Shown: positions 9,296-23,304, counted from the first letter of the stretch. The stretch: 64,000 bases of DNA from Spongospora subterranea f. sp. subterranea (GCA_049724395.1 JAUGWO010000131.1:1-64000); one strand, 5' to 3'. The notes: generated by a model not told the origin, from the sequence alone. Program-made: numbers and translations.

Positions 9296-10816
9296 GTGAT
9301 CGGTACCACAATATCAGGGCTCAACCAGCTGGAGCTGCCCAAATCATCTGGCCTTCTGGGCCAGACGCCCTGGCGATCACGCCGCTCGATAACCAGGCAG
9401 ATTCGCGATCGGGAATCGGGTCGTGATAATGGGGTGCGATTCCACATGGTTCCCCCTCGTCTCTGTTATGGACTGAACACATTAGTCGAACCGGATCACG
9501 TCCTTCTACAAGGCGTCTCCCTCGGCTTCACATTATGTGGCCGATACCTGATCTCATACGAAGCCGATGTCGCATCGGCCCATCATATTCAATATTTCCT
9601 CCTGCTTTGGGATTTCGATTCCCCCCATAACATCCGATTATTCGCCCGTTATCGCCTGTTTGCTAGCACCACCATGCCCGGTTTATCAGAGAACCTAACC
9701 CCATTAGCGACCATATTCCAACACAGTATCTCCATAACAATATGCCAGATGGCGTCACCTCCATGCCTTATCGTTCATGGATTCTTCAAGCAATTGCTCG
9801 CTGAACAAACCAGATCCAATTTCATCTCGATCATTCCAGTGTCGTCCAACAGTCAATGTCTTCATTTCTCAATGCAGGTGAATTCCCGCCGTCATTCTTC
9901 GCCCCGTTTGATCTTATGCTCTTTTTCCATCGATTCAGTCGTATTTTCCTCATTTTTCATTGGATCAAAACTCGGCTGCGGCTGTTCGCGTTGATATCAG
10001 CGATCGCGCCATGTTCCAGCTGATTTTCGACTGCTCGATCGCTGTCAGATGGGTTCTCGTGTCGATCGACGCGATCGAATCTGCAGCTGCGGTTAGTGAC
10101 GTCGCCATCGCGCCGTCCCCTCTATTGTCCCCCTACTTTTCTAACTCTGCATGGTTTCAAGACGCAAGATTCTCAACAACGATCACCGACAACCAAGCAC
10201 GATGCCAAGTCGTCAGGATTCGCCAGATATCTGGATTCGAACCCGAGCAGTTCCTCGGGCAGAGAATCGCCAAAAGTAATCGCTCAGGAATGAGGGTTCT
10301 GTTGAGGGATTACAGTTTACATATAGCCAAGATCGCCCCATTCAATCTCGATATTGTCCTTGTTCTAGTCGCCAACATCACTGCTCAAGGGGCTGCCAGA
10401 AGACCTCTCGTGTTCACCCTGATCGTCGAATTCCACTCCCGTAATTCTGTTCATCGCTATCGTGTCGACTCTGGTTGTCTAATAATTCAAAACCCCCAGA
10501 ATCGTTGGAGATCATTCAAGGAGGTGACACCGATATTCTCAATACGGTACTCCAGACGTCGTTCACACCATCGCCATCCGCATTGTCAATAGGAAACCAA
10601 TACTGTAAATTGATTCAATCGAGATTCGACGTTCCGTCAACGCCATCCCAACGGTAAACCCCATTTACCCAACTCCAACCTATCCCTAACCCCTCTTTTT
10701 ATCTATCTAGAAATGACGGTTCGTGTATATCAAATGCGTTGATATTCTTTGGCCATGTCAGACACCATCTGGTCAATCCTCGATATCCAATTGCATTAAT
10801 ACGTTATACTCCATAA
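9296..10816 (+). CDS. DCAF15: DDB1- and CUL4-associated factor 15-like (multi-exon; start uncertain)
   Basis: [36 protein letters not shown]...YFLLLWDF...RLFARYRLF closely parallels the DCAF15 N-terminus (PPRVCVSLKNIV...LGFSKCGRYVLSY...LYWWEF). The last exon ends ...[13 protein letters not shown] at 10816. Confidence 0.7.
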
Positions 10817-11046
10817 ATCAATCATCGTTCCCTTTCCCTGTCAGAACCGCGCCCCGTTTTAGACCGGGTCACACCATTTCGCTGATATCTGTGTCAAACC
10901 CTGGATTAATGCCAATAGCCAATGATGGGGCGCACATTGGGAAGATTGTCGAGGCGGGGTCCGTGGCGGACTCCGCAGCCCTGTTCAATTCATATTTTCC
11001 CTGCCATCTACGCAGCTTTCATTCGGCTCTTTCGACCAAACTCAAA

Positions 11047-12104
11047 ATGGGATTTGAAGGTCGTGGTCGTGGCGGCAGCCGAGGTGGCCCTGCAGGACGC
11101 GGTGGATTTCGCGGTGGCCGTGGAGGCGGTCGCGGCGGCGGCCGCGGTGGCGGGTTCAGTGATCGCGGCGGACGTGGAGGCGGTCGTGGCGGAGGACGAG
11201 GAATGACCCGAGGAGGTGGCCGAGGACGTGGAGCCCCACGTGGTGGCCGTGGCGGAATGAGAGGCGGGGCCAAAGTTGTGGTCACACCCCATCGTCACGA
11301 AGGTGTTTTCATCGCCAGATCCAAAGAGGACGCGCTGGTGACCAAGAACTTGGTCCCAGGAGAGGTAAATACTCATTCGCCCTGGTTCTTGGCGTAATAT
11401 CGACTCTTTTGGCAGGCTGTATATGGGGAGAAGCGCATCAGTGTTGAGGGAGTTGATGGCGCCAAGGTTGAATATCGTGTCTGGGGAACCCGTTCCGATC
11501 GAAATTGGCCGCCGCCGTTCTCGGTGGTGTTGATAACATCTACATCCGCCCTGGAACCAAGCTCCTGTATTTGGGAGCCGCATCAGGAACCTCAGTCTCG
11601 CATTGCTCAGATATCGTTGGACCCGAGGGTCTTGTATACGCCGTCGAATTCTCACATCGATCTGGCCGTGATTTGATCAACGTCGCCAAGAAGCGCACGA
11701 ACATCATCCCCATTATTGAAGATGCTCGTCATCCCCATAAGTACCGGATGTTGATTGGCATGGTCGGTCGAAGCTGATTCTTTCGTCCATTTTGTGGCAA
11801 TCACTGAATTTCATGTGTTTTCTTCAGGTTGACACCATCTTTGCCGATGTTGCCCAGCCCGATCAGGCGCGAATTGTCGGACTGAACGCACAGAACTTCT
11901 TGAAGAACGGAGGAAACTTCGTGATCTCAATCAAGGCGAACTGCATTGACTCCACCTCAGAACCGGCCGCCGTCTTCGCTTCGGAAGTTGCCAAATTGCA
12001 AGAGATGAAGTTCAAGCCTGAGGAACAACTAACGCTTAGAGCCATATGAACGTGATCACGCTGTTGTTGTCGGCAGCTATCGCCCAAACACTGTCAAAAA
12101 ATGA
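11047..12104 (+). CDS. FBL: Fibrillarin rRNA 2'-O-methyltransferase
   Basis: RGG-rich GAR domain, then PHRHEGVFI...[49 protein letters not shown] and [12 protein letters not shown]. Introns at ~11365-11416 and ~11763-11828. Two apparent indels break the frame. Confidence 0.97.
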
Positions 12105-12213
12105 TTTATCCAGAATAACAATTGATTTGTCTTAAGCCTATATTTGTCGGATCGCCAAAAAGAATAACTGCATCATACAATGTATTGTTGTTTGTGCCCG
12201 AAACCGTAGATAA

Positions 12214-13872
12214 TTATCGACATTCCTCCTCGTATGCGAGGCCATCTGGTATCAGAGGAGATAGCCTTCTCGACAGATCTTCGAGTTGGACGAGAACACG
12301 CCCATTGCGATTCGCTTGAGATCCTGGCAGGTTCAAGTCGTGATTCCTACCACTGTATAATCCTCGAACCCAAAATCTCTCGGAACCCTTTTCTTGGTAT
12401 AGTTCCAGTGTGATGTGTGAACCAAATCCCGGGAATTCCTGAAGTTTGCCTACGGCACCGGAAACCTAATTTACAAAAAGGTTCAGAGAAATAACGCGCA
12501 CGTTTCCATTGATCCCAATTACTGGATCAGATTCTAGTGCAATCAGCAGAGGGCCAACGGTGTTATCATGTCCAGAATACAATCGCAGTTTGATCTCGGA
12601 ACGGGTTGATGTCTCCAGATCATGAATTACGTCGCCAAGAAACCGGCCAATGCCAAGTCGAACGATGGCAATTGACCCGTACTGTATTGAGCAAGATCAA
12701 TTTTCTGGGTCAAACTACAAAAAACAGATACCTTAGCCTGCATTTCTTGAATTGCTTCCTTCTCAATTCTCTCCGCTAATTCATTTGATAGTGGATGTGG
12801 CAATGGGACAGAATTGGCGAGATAGCAACGGGAGGTGTTATGTAAGCCTTCAAACCTAGCTATGGCACCGGCGTGCGATACTTTGAACGCTTCCCTGATT
12901 TCTTGAGTAAGAGTATCCCGATCTTGTTGACGCTCCTTCACCAGATGATTTATCGCCGCCTAACATATCAACTGAATATTCTCACGTAGTTCAAACTAAA
13001 TACAATGACCGATTTAAGTAGCTTTAGCGAGCGACATGATGAACGCGGATACATGTTCTCGTCCGATTCCTTCAATGTATTGATAGTGATAGCTGGAATC
13101 AATGTTTTAGCGGCGAAAAGGACTTCCAATAGCGAAAACAGCTGATTCCATTGTACGCTCAACGTCAGTTGATCGAACAGTGACCTTTTTGGGATTAAAC
13201 CTGACCATTGCTGATGAATGATAAGAAACACCTCATCAAAATAGGGATTTATACTCGGAATCCAAAAAACCGGTTTCTTCAACGTATCTTTGATGAAGAA
13301 CCGAGCCCACTTTGCGTAAATCCCTTCTTCCTTGAACAGTTAACTGGCCTGGCCGGCACCACCCTGGAACCCCCCGGCTAATCTACGTCAATTTCGCGAC
13401 ATTCAGATACCGTCGAACGTTTCCGGAAACCGAACCTGACATTGTCAGAGTGCTTCAAAGACGGAGAATAGTTCTTATGATAAAGTCGCTTTGCTTCTGC
13501 GAAAAACAGAGGAGATACTGGTCCTCGACAGGAAAAATTCACTCCAGATGGGGTAGGAAACGTTCCCTCTTAAGAAACAAGTCACAAAAACGGCTAAATC
13601 GGGAACGAGAATGAAGAACAGGTTTCAATACCGAATCCATAGAGTGAGCTGATCGGGGTTCGAGCGCCTAATTATCCCATATAGAATCAGATATTCAAGA
13701 AAAGAAAACAAATGCCCGGGGCGGGTCACGGATTCGAACCATGGCGGAACACGACTTGTACGTGCTTCAGCACGAGTTGGTCGTTATCAGGGGGGATGAT
13801 CGACTCGACGATATGGGATGGCGCCATGGCGGCCGGTACGGCTGCCGATGCCACCACAGCGTGTCGCCACAT
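12214..13872 (-). CDS. Histidine acid phosphatase (ACP6/lysosomal-type branch 2), multi-exon
   Basis: The spliced catalytic motif VQVVFRHG|ARTP and the downstream LRLYSGHDNTVGPLL are both present. Confidence 0.9.
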
Positions 13873-14210
13873 TATAATTGTCAGGATAATCCCCGACCGG
13901 GTTAGTTCAACGGTGTGCTGGGTAGGATGGTCAGTGGATGGCGCTACCGAGGGCCGGGCATTACGGTACTCTCTCATCACATCACTGGTGTAGCGAAACC
14001 CCATCAACAGTCTCATGTCGTGGGTGTACTGTAATATACCCGACGCCACCATCATCATGCAGTGGTAGGGCAAACACCATAACCTGTATAATACGACTCG
14101 GATCAACCACATCAACTGAATCAGACGACAACATCACGGGCACTTGGTGATTATCAACATCGTATTATACGAATTTATTCAAGTATAATATTGACAATTG
14201 AGATATGTGA

Positions 14211-15043
14211 TTAATAAACGTCTCTGTTGTAATCTGCGGCGTCGTCTTCGGTATATTTCCTGGAAGTTTTAGTTCGCGGGCCGTAATCGATCCGCGCTGA
14301 TATGGTCCGACCCTGAGGCAAACGGAGAACGAGATCAATTTGAGTCTGTTGTGTGTTCCAGGGGACTATTACATCAAGCTGCGATTGATCAAGCTGTTGG
14401 ATAGCGGCTTGAGCATCGTCTGCTGTCTCAAAGCAAAGAATCGCATATCCTCGAGACCTTTCATTACGGCGGTCCATGGAGACCGTTGCCGATTTGAATC
14501 CAGGTACATCTGCAAAAATCACTGACAAGCTGATAACCGACGTTGAAATGGCGAGACGATCGAAGAATAGTTCGCTTGATTACCTTTCGGACGTGGCAGC
14601 GAACGGCAAATTGCCAAGATATACATTTGTTGGGACCACGTTAGTTGAAGTATTGAGTTTTGGAGCCGGCTTCCGATCAACTTTCAAGTAGAGTTTACGG
14701 CCTTCAAAATCGGTCTGATCGTGTTTTGTGATGGCAGAATTCGCCTGAAACGGTAGCTGCTCAGACCAGAAAACCGCAAGGAAAATGAGCTAATATACTT
14801 CTTCAACACTGGAAAACTTCACAATTCCAAACCCCCTGGACCTTCCAGTTCTAGTTTTGATCACTTCGCAGGATTCTACCGACATATCTGCAAACAGCGT
14901 TGACTAACAGAACGCTGCTCAGACCACATTTCAGACGGGAATTCCGGGCGACTGACCAAAGATTCATCGGTAGTCGAGAAGGCTATGTTGCCCACATAGA
15001 CATTGGTTTGATCAGTGGGAGTACAATCGCCCTCCTCAGCCAT
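14211..15043 (-). CDS. Two-RRM RNA-binding protein
   Basis: RNP2 VYVGNIAF with RNP1 RSRGFGIVKF, then a second RRM with VYLGNLPF and RSRGYAILCF. Confidence 0.9.
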
Positions 15044-15362
15044 AGTTAATCAGAGATCGCGTCGCGTGTTCAATGTGTTTGGGCACTTGGCGCTCTGTAT
15101 GCAGTGAGCCACTGACCGATGGCTGTGTTACTTTAGCGCGGCCGCTTACGAGTCTATCTCCGACTGTCTATGTGCCCATATCTCCGACTGTTTACTGTAC
15201 TTATGGTGAACTGGCACACGTCACGGTCACACTGTGGCCATAGGGCCGCGCCCTGGTCTCCGTTTTTCCAATTGCGATCGCGCAAACAAACATCAACGAA
15301 CGCCCGTCCGAACTTTTGGTCAAAAACAATTGTCCTGTCGCATTTTGAAATTATCTCTATCT

Positions 15363-17366
15363 CTATTGTGATATGAGTTCTGGTTGTTTGGGAATTAAAA
15401 TCAAATAGTCTGGACTACAGATGCGATTGACGCATACGACCTCTGCGAATTGATGCATCAGTTGGGTGCCAATGTCGCTGATCACAGTTTAGTTGACGTT
15501 GGCCAAGATCAGAAGTGATCGTGCGTATACCTTTGTGAATCATCGTGTGTCGTATCTGGCACTGTAATGACAATGACCGATATATCGACATGAGCTGTCG
15601 ACGGAATGTTCTTGACCAACGTGTTATAGAGAATCACTTTGAACCGGCGATCGCCACATATCTGCCACCATATACATCAAATAAAAACCTCTCCTATCAT
15701 CAACACCACAATCCCGACCCATTCCTCGAAACGATCGATATCGTCCCGAATAGATGTCGCTTCGTCTGGCGTGGTTATTGGGATATTAACTCTAGCTGAC
15801 CAATGAACATTCACCACCGCCTCTGAACAAATCGTCTGAAACTTGAGATCATCGCCCGACTCTGTCTGTTTCAATCGTGTGGGCTCTGTTGACGGTCCTG
15901 TAGCGATCACCGTATCAGCCGGTAATGGTCTCGCGTCATCATGTGTCGAGATCGTATCGCATTCTGATCAACCCCCAATCAGTATTTGCCAATATCGCCG
16001 CTAACACGACACCTTACGAGGATATAGTGCCGATAACCACAACCTCTGATCGTCTTCACTCTGCAACAACATCTCCAGCTCGTCCACCATGACCTCATCC
16101 ACAGGTTTTCGGCGGAATCCCTGTAAAGGTGATCTACACAGGGCTCGTTTTAGCGACATCACCACCCTTCGTTGATTCTCTCATCTAACCGAGCCCGTTT
16201 CCGCGTTCGCTGCAATCGGATACCGTATCGCCAGCTGGAATCGGACTGGATGAACGTCGATACGACAACGGGCGACGATAAGGGGAATTGGGTCTTGATC
16301 TTGTATTTGCTGTTTGTGATGCATATGGCGTCATTGAATAGAAAACAGATGGTCGGGACGCGATTCCCTATCGATCTGTTCCATGATGCCGTTAGAACAT
16401 TGTCGGGGCCGCTCGACAGGCGAAACCGAACCGATGACCGATTCTGGAAAATCGGCCCATGGCGGATCAAACGGCGCCCGTCGAGGAACGGATCGAAGTC
16501 GGTTGTTGGCGATATCGCTGTCAGGATCTGACGGAGCTAAACGGGAGGCGATTGGCGATGATCACGGTTGACGTGAACGGGCTCACCTCCGACTCACGTT
16601 TGGCGTCGTTCAGAGCCGTCGCCGCTTGTTTAACATGGTCTAGCGCCGATTGGATCGTGTCGACCAAGATGGTGTTAGGGTGTTCGTTCGAATCTGACAA
16701 CATCGTGTTCAACATCAGCATGAACCTTGGTATTCGCTGTACAGGCATGATCAAATAGGATTGAACTGATTGTAGAGGTAAACCACATTCCAAATTCTAA
16801 AACAGTTCCACAGTTTAGTTAGCGTTGGGGCGGCGCTGTCGTTGTCAAATTCCGACCTGGATTTCGTGTTTTCTTTTTGTTCTGACCTTGATCAAAGCCG
16901 ATTGGACATGATCAAGGTCGTTGATATAAGCGGTATATGAAGCGGCCAAGTCTGCTGATATTATTCGGCTGCAGATTGCAGAGATGCCTAGCTCTGGCGC
17001 ACTGTCTAATAATCCTGCTATATCGCCATCATTCAGCCCGATCGCCCTGTCCCAAGTAATCCCCATTTCACGTTCGACGAACGTGCTGATTTGTTCGCTG
17101 TTCCTACCTGTGAACGTCGACAATTCGGTCGAGATTGGCGAGAAGCGATGGGATCTGCGAGGCGTCGCTCTCAGCGAGTTGTAGCAGGAAATCATTTCGC
17201 AGGCAACACAATCCGTCAACGTAGGTCTTTTCCGTCGACAGAATCTCCCGCGCACAATGGATCGTGGCGCTATCGGCGGAATACCCTTTGTCGATCATTC
17301 CCAGCTCGTGTTCATTCCCTAGTATTATTATGGTAGTCGGTACCCCAAACTTGATCTTCTCCACCA
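15363..17366 (-). CDS. DH(-PH) domain Rho guanine nucleotide exchange factor (ends approximate)
   Basis: DH motifs AREILSTEKTYVDGL and LQSVQSYLIMPVQRIPRFMLML...LNDAKRESE, followed by a PH-like exon with TICFLFNDAICIT. Confidence 0.88.
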
Positions 17367-17503
17367 TCGCCTTTCCCGTCCTTTCACGAGAGCCGTTTCC
17401 CACTTTTTTTATCCCATGACAATGTGAATAAAGTTCCACTTCGATTCCAGTCGATTCCGGCGCGTGCCGACGCCATGTTGTTGACTGACCCGGATTGTTG
17501 TCG

Positions 17504-19957
17504 ATGTTGAGCGGTGATCTAGTTCGAAGTTTGACCTTGGACCAAGGTGTGACCTGTATTGACGTATCAGACGATGGTCTTCGTCTAGCGACCTGTTGCG
17601 GACGCACCTGCTTCATCTGGGATTGTCACCGGTTTCAGTTGATTTCTCGAATCAATCGCAAACCCGCCGCCGTTCATCGCAAGAAGATCCGCCTGGTTCG
17701 GTTCACGAGGGTGCCGTCGGATATCATCACCGTTTGTAATGGGCACTTGATCGTGCTCTGGAGAATTACAGCGGGCCAGAACCCGTCCGCCGTTCAAATC
17801 ATGAATGGACACCGCGGGACGATATTTGACTGTTTGTTCAACGAGGCGGGCGATATATTGTACAGCTCAAGTAGCGATGGTCGGGTTCTAGCCTGGAGCT
17901 GGGCCACCGGCCAGCAACTGTCCAGCAATATCGTAGAGACGTGCCAGATCCGTTCCATATCGCTGAACACGGTCTTCGATCGGTTGGCGTGCGCCATGCC
18001 CAATGGCGCCATCTCCGTATGGGACTTGGCCAATCAGGACCGACTGTGTGCGATCGAGGGCGATCCAGAATGGGTGAAATCCCAAAGCGGAACGGCGACG
18101 CGAGCGGCTTGGGTGGACGCTGGAAAATCCCATACCGGCCCGGTATTGTGTTCGGCGTTTTCGCCCAATGGCGCTTTGCTGGCGACCGGCGCCGGCGATT
18201 CCACCGCCAAACTCTGGTCGGCGTTGTCCCTGAGAAGCGATCAACAGGCGGTGGATTCGCAGAAATCGGCCCGAAAAGTCGCCAGCCAGACTGTCGAACT
18301 ACAGGAATCTCGCGATGATTCTATTGAACAGACCGTGAATGGAACGGAATCGCCATTGACGATCGGGTTTAGCGCCACCGTTATTTACACATTCTTACAT
18401 GAGGCCCCGGTTGAAAAGGTTGCCTTTACCGCCGATTCCTTGTTCGTTATCAGTTGTGCCAGGGATTGCACCGTCAAAGTAAGCGATCTGTTCCCGGCGC
18501 TCGATATAGTGAACCTGACCAGTTTCGTTCAGATATGGGAAACGACGAACGGGACCCAATCGTTTCAAGTTAATTTACCAGTTTCGGCTGGGGATCTGCA
18601 TTTATCGAGGGGATGGTCTGCAGATAATACAATACCCTACCGATTGTTCGTTCAGATCGTTAACCGGGTCATTGTATTGGACCTGGTCGACAGCGATCGG
18701 GGGCATCATCAACGGGAATCATCACCGACCGCAGCTGAACACGTCCACAAGCGAGTCAACCAGACTGGGATTAAATCGCAATCATGGCCACCGCCATCGC
18801 TATCCTGTCACGATAATAACGTGTGTCTGGACATCGAACAGATGATGGCGAAAGGGCTAAATCGTCACGACCTCAAACGAGCGATCGCTCATCGTTCATT
18901 GAACGCCAATGAACTACTGACATTGCTCCAGACGCAGATCGTGAACGAGCACGACGTACGGCCGTCGCAGCTGAAAACGAATCTGTCTCGTAATGGACTG
19001 GACCCGGTCGATGTACTACGAGCGATTTCGACGACGACCAATTTTCGGTATGAGGACGTGATTATGGGATTATCGAGAAGCGGTGAATTAGGCGATCGTG
19101 CATGTGCTGCTGTTAAACAAGGGGGGTCGCTGGATAATATTCTATTGGAAATGGGGTTCAATATGTCCAACACGACGGTTTTACTACATCTTCAGAAGGG
19201 GCATCTTCAGACGTGTTTTAAGCTGAAACCAACCACAGCGGATTCCACAGTTCGGAACATGGCCCTGGCGTACGATGACACGAGCAAGGCAACGTCAGCG
19301 TTCATTGCCAATGAGGAGGTCGAACATGACGGAAAAACCGATGAAGATGGCCAAAGGGCGTCTTTGGAGATCAATACACAACAGGAGAGAGTTGAGAGCC
19401 AGAATCTACCAGAGAGGAATAGAAAAGGTTTGTCGAGCGAAGGCTGTAGACAAGGGATTGTACGCCAAGGTCCCTTGAAAACTGGTAAAATGCCACCGTT
19501 GACGGTGCCAGAAAACCCATTTGACCAATCATCGATTTAGGAGGAAGTCTGATTGAGGAGAACGTTGAAAAAGAAATGTTTCCTGATTTAGTAAGGGGTT
19601 ATACCCGTTATTGTGGAAATAATGGCTGAACTGGGTGAACAGGGCGGTAAATTCATTAACGCGAATCAAGATATACCCATATCGGTTGGGCAGAAATTGT
19701 TTTTGAGAACTCGTTTGATGCCGCCCAGATCCGCCATCAAACCGATGCTGAAGCAGCATTCACCGGCTATGCCTAAGGCGACATCTGAGAGCTCAAGGTC
19801 GACAGGCAATCAGTTGGTGGCAGCGCGGGTCCCCGCAATAGCTCGACCAGCATTCCGGGCAGTTATGAAACCAGATGGCGACATGGATGTAAAGGGACAG
19901 ATGTCTCCCATGAATTACTCATCAACTCCCATCAGAAAAAGATCCCAATTACAATAA
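17504..19957 (+). CDS. WD40-repeat protein with uncharacterised C-terminal region
   Basis: Several GH/SH...W(D) repeats (GHRGTIFDCLF...VLAWSW; SHTGPVLCSAFSPNGALLATGAGDSTAKLW; HEAPVEKVAF...DCTVK). Long ORF 17495-19540 plus a terminal exon to 19957. Confidence 0.88.
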
Positions 19958-20675
19958 TATATGAATATTTCGTCAGCCAAAGGTCCTCAACTGTTGAGTG
20001 ACGTAATGTGCGCCAGGTCGGGCAGGACGCAAGATCTATCATCTATGGGATGGTGATCGGTTACAGTGACAGTACCACAGTGACTGAGCCTCTTTAGCAG
20101 TGCCACAGAGATCTCTATTTATATCACTATCCGTCAGTGGTTAATTAACACGTTGATGACTGACAGGGGACACACGCCAGTCAGCTGAGCAACTGGATGG
20201 GCTGTATAATTGACTGAGCAATCTACCGTCTGCACTGGCGCTGAGTCTCTATCTAACGTCTCAACCGGCCACCACCTTTAAATCCATCCTTAGACCCTCG
20301 TATCAATATGAGTACCACTCACAACTCAATCGATTGTCGTCTGACCGTGGGGCCATATTGACATCTGCTGATTCACACTCTAGAACGGGTTTGTCAGAGG
20401 TTCTAGACTCTGATTCTAGTCCATAGTTGCAGGTGCGGTTCTCCCCTAGATCTCTCTCTGTCTTGTTCTCCCGACCTCCCCCTCTTACTGTCTCGCCCAA
20501 TTACGCCATAACGCCGTCACAGCATCGTCGAAGTATTCATCGTTAGGCGGCATTAGATACTGGCGAAACAACGTCCGGGCAGGTGAACAAGCTTGGTGAG
20601 CTTAATCCCTCTTCTCTAATCCACCAATCCCTGCGTTGATCGTAGCCTTGCATTCTATGCAAGACTAAATCAACA

Positions 20676-21722
20676 ATGTTGCTGAATCTTGTGACTTTTT
20701 TTTTCATGAAGGGTCTACAGCGAACTTACCATTTAACTTTGGTTATGGTTGGACTTCTGGAGTGCGACACCATGGATTCGGTCCATAAAAGTGTCACCAA
20801 GCTCAAAGGTCGCCCTGTAGTTGGATCTGGAGCTGGATTAAACGGGTCGTACTTGATCAACTCATTAGCTGCTAACGATAACGACAAGCCCGAATGGATT
20901 TTCAAGCCCAGAAGTGAGGAAGCTGAAGTTTCAGGTGAAACCTTAAAGTCGGGCGCAATCAAAGGCACTTCTTGCGTCAAGGAAGTTGCTGCTTATTACG
21001 TTGATCATGAAGGGTTTTCGGGCGTTCCAGAAACTCGTGCGATCAACGCCAGCGTGCAACTCGAGGCGTCAAAATATATCATGGATTTTGGCAGTCTGCA
21101 GAGATTTGTGGCCCATGATGGCTCCTGTGAAGAATATGGCTCATCTCTGTTTGAGGTTGACAATATCCACCGCATTGCCCTTCTCGATCTTCGCATCGCC
21201 AATTGCGATCGCCATGAAGGGAATCTGCTGGCCGTTCGCGAAGGCTCAAAGCTGCGAGCGGTCCCCATCGATCATGGATACTGTCTGCCGAATTGGCGAT
21301 ACCTAAGCGATTTGTATTTCTGCTGGAGTTCCTGGCGCCAGGCCAATGTGCCGTTCTCTGAGGCCACCAAGCAATATATTGCAGGACAGAAACCATTTAT
21401 GGATATTGCCAATCTTCTCGATATAGGTGTTGATCACGACAGTGTCATCACCTACCTTGTCTGTTCAATATTCGTCCAGAGCGCCGTCGCCGGTGGCCTG
21501 AGTCTGGCTCAGATCGCCAGGGCCATGCAAAGAACGGCTCAAATTGGGTTGGGAGAGCCATCGCAGTTTGAGCAGTTGATTTCTCAAGCCGCGATCGCTA
21601 CAGGATTTTCCAATTTCCGATTTAGCGGTCGATCCGACTGGAACCTACCTATTGTTGGCCGATTTCTGAAGCATTTTTTCAAAAGTTGCATGCACTTCCT
21701 TTCTCGCCCGTGTCAAAAATAA
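20676..21722 (+). CDS. Type II phosphatidylinositol 4-kinase (plant PI4K-gamma-like), paralog 1
   Basis: GLNGSY, IFKPRSEE, KEVAAYYVDHEGFSGVPET, GSLQRFV, LDLRIANCDRHEGNLL and PIDHGYCLP. Confidence 0.92.
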   Translation: MLLNLVTFFFMKGLQRTYHLTLVMVGLLECDTMDSVHKSVTKLKGRPVVGSGAGLNGSYLINSLAANDNDKPEWIFKPRSEEAEVSGETLKSGAIKGTSCVKEVAAYYVDHEGFSGVPETRAINASVQLEASKYIMDFGSLQRFVAHDGSCEEYGSSLFEVDNIHRIALLDLRIANCDRHEGNLLAVREGSKLRAVPIDHGYCLPNWRYLSDLYFCWSSWRQANVPFSEATKQYIAGQKPFMDIANLLDIGVDHDSVITYLVCSIFVQSAVAGGLSLAQIARAMQRTAQIGLGEPSQFEQLISQAAIATGFSNFRFSGRSDWNLPIVGRFLKHFFKSCMHFLSRPCQK

Positions 21723-22693
21723 TCAGTGTTATATTTGTTAAATAAATTATACCATGTGTTCTCGAATACCGTTTGCAGTGTTTGTGGCACCGGGTACGGT
21801 TGTGAATATATTGAATGTTGAGCCAATTAGCTGCGTGCGATTTTTTGTGGATAATCATCACGAACGATGAATCATACAGATCGGAAGTTCTATTGGCTGA
21901 GAAAACTTGAATCGAGGCAGAATCGGCGATTTCTCATAAATCGGCGACAACTATCGGAGGTTGTTTCTCCCGATATCATTTCGGGTTTGTGCAGCGAGCT
22001 AATTGCCAAGAGTGTTTCAGGAGATCATGTTCGACCTTTGCGGCTGCGTTAACGCCTTCTTGAGCCAAATCAGCAGAGATCGCATGTTGCGTCTTCTGGA
22101 CAACCTTTCAAGGCACAACCAAATCTCACCCATGTCATCTGTCGAGCTGAACCAGCCCACTGACGACCTCGCCAACGACTCTGCAATACTACTGGTTGTT
22201 CTAATCGCCATACTTTCGTCCATTCTTCTCATGAAACTTCATTACGACAAACTTGGAGCGCAAAACCAGTTCGAAAAACCCGACCGCGACGGGCCTTCTG
22301 GTCCACATATCATCCACTGACTTTCCATGGTTTGAACTTTCCAATATTTACTTTATCCACTACTATTTCCAGAATAAACTCTTACTTGGTTCATGGTACA
22401 TGAACTGTCAAAATTTGAATCGATATCTGCAAGCTGGCAACATGTTATTTGGTCATCCTCATTGTGCTTTGTCTACGATATTGCATCACGTGCAGCGCTC
22501 CTAACGACACCAATTTGTTCCCATATTCGAATTGTCGAATATATGACATAGTTGTTTCCCATTTTCATTTGAATTCAAGTTATACATCTCAGCGTACTAG
22601 TGGTTCCGGTTTACAATTGACAATTGATGTGCCCTAGCGGGATTTCACTTTGAAAAAATCGAAAAAAAACAGTTTTCAGTTTATACTCAATCC

Positions 22694-23094
22694 TCAGACG
22701 CGATCGAGACTATACTTGTCAGCGCCATCTTCTTTGAGAACCTCTTGTCGAGCCCACTCTCTTAAGCTAGACTCAGGTTTGAAATACAACCCAATCGATA
22801 GGGTTATCAGGGACGCCGCCATTCCCCATATGTAGATCTGCTCCCAACCTTCCGGTTTAACCACTTCTCCAGCCTGATCATATAAAAATACAGTGCGATC
22901 AGAAACTCTGTTGATCAGACACAGAACTCGTTTGATCAACGCCAAGCACAATGCCCTACTTGGCGGTTGAACGGCCTCGCGGTTGACGGTTCATGATTAG
23001 GTTTGGTGAATACGTTATCGGACGCCAATGTTCGGCGTCGAGCCGCTAGATGTGGAAGTCGACGACCGAATAGCAGACGCGCCATGGGAATCAT
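22694..23094 (-). CDS. NDUFB11: Mitochondrial complex I ESSS subunit-like
   Basis: Arg-rich presequence, one intron, then EGWEQIYIWGMAASLITLSIGLYFKPESSLREWARQE, typical of the ESSS family. Confidence 0.8.
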
Positions 23095-23304
23095 TGCCGG
23101 CACGTTTTCCCCCAAACCTACACGTGTATTGACAGCGAGTACAGGTGGCGCAAATGGCGATACGGTGGGGGATACTCCTACAGTGAACAGTCAAATTTGT
23201 CAGGCATAAGTGGCAGCTGGCAAAAATCATAATTCCCAAATCAAAACACGCTCTTTGATACATTATATTACAATCGTTTATGTATATTCTAAATCGTGAT
23301 CTGA

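Noticed and set aside
11008..11655. Pro/Arg-rich and Ala/Thr-rich minus-strand ORFs
   Set aside because: They are antisense shadows of the fibrillarin RGG domain.
13722..13745. tRNA-like T-arm (catgg-TTCGAAT-ccgtg) on the minus strand
   Set aside because: It overlaps the RHG codons and splice donor of the acid phosphatase. No matching 5' acceptor strand or D-arm lies upstream.
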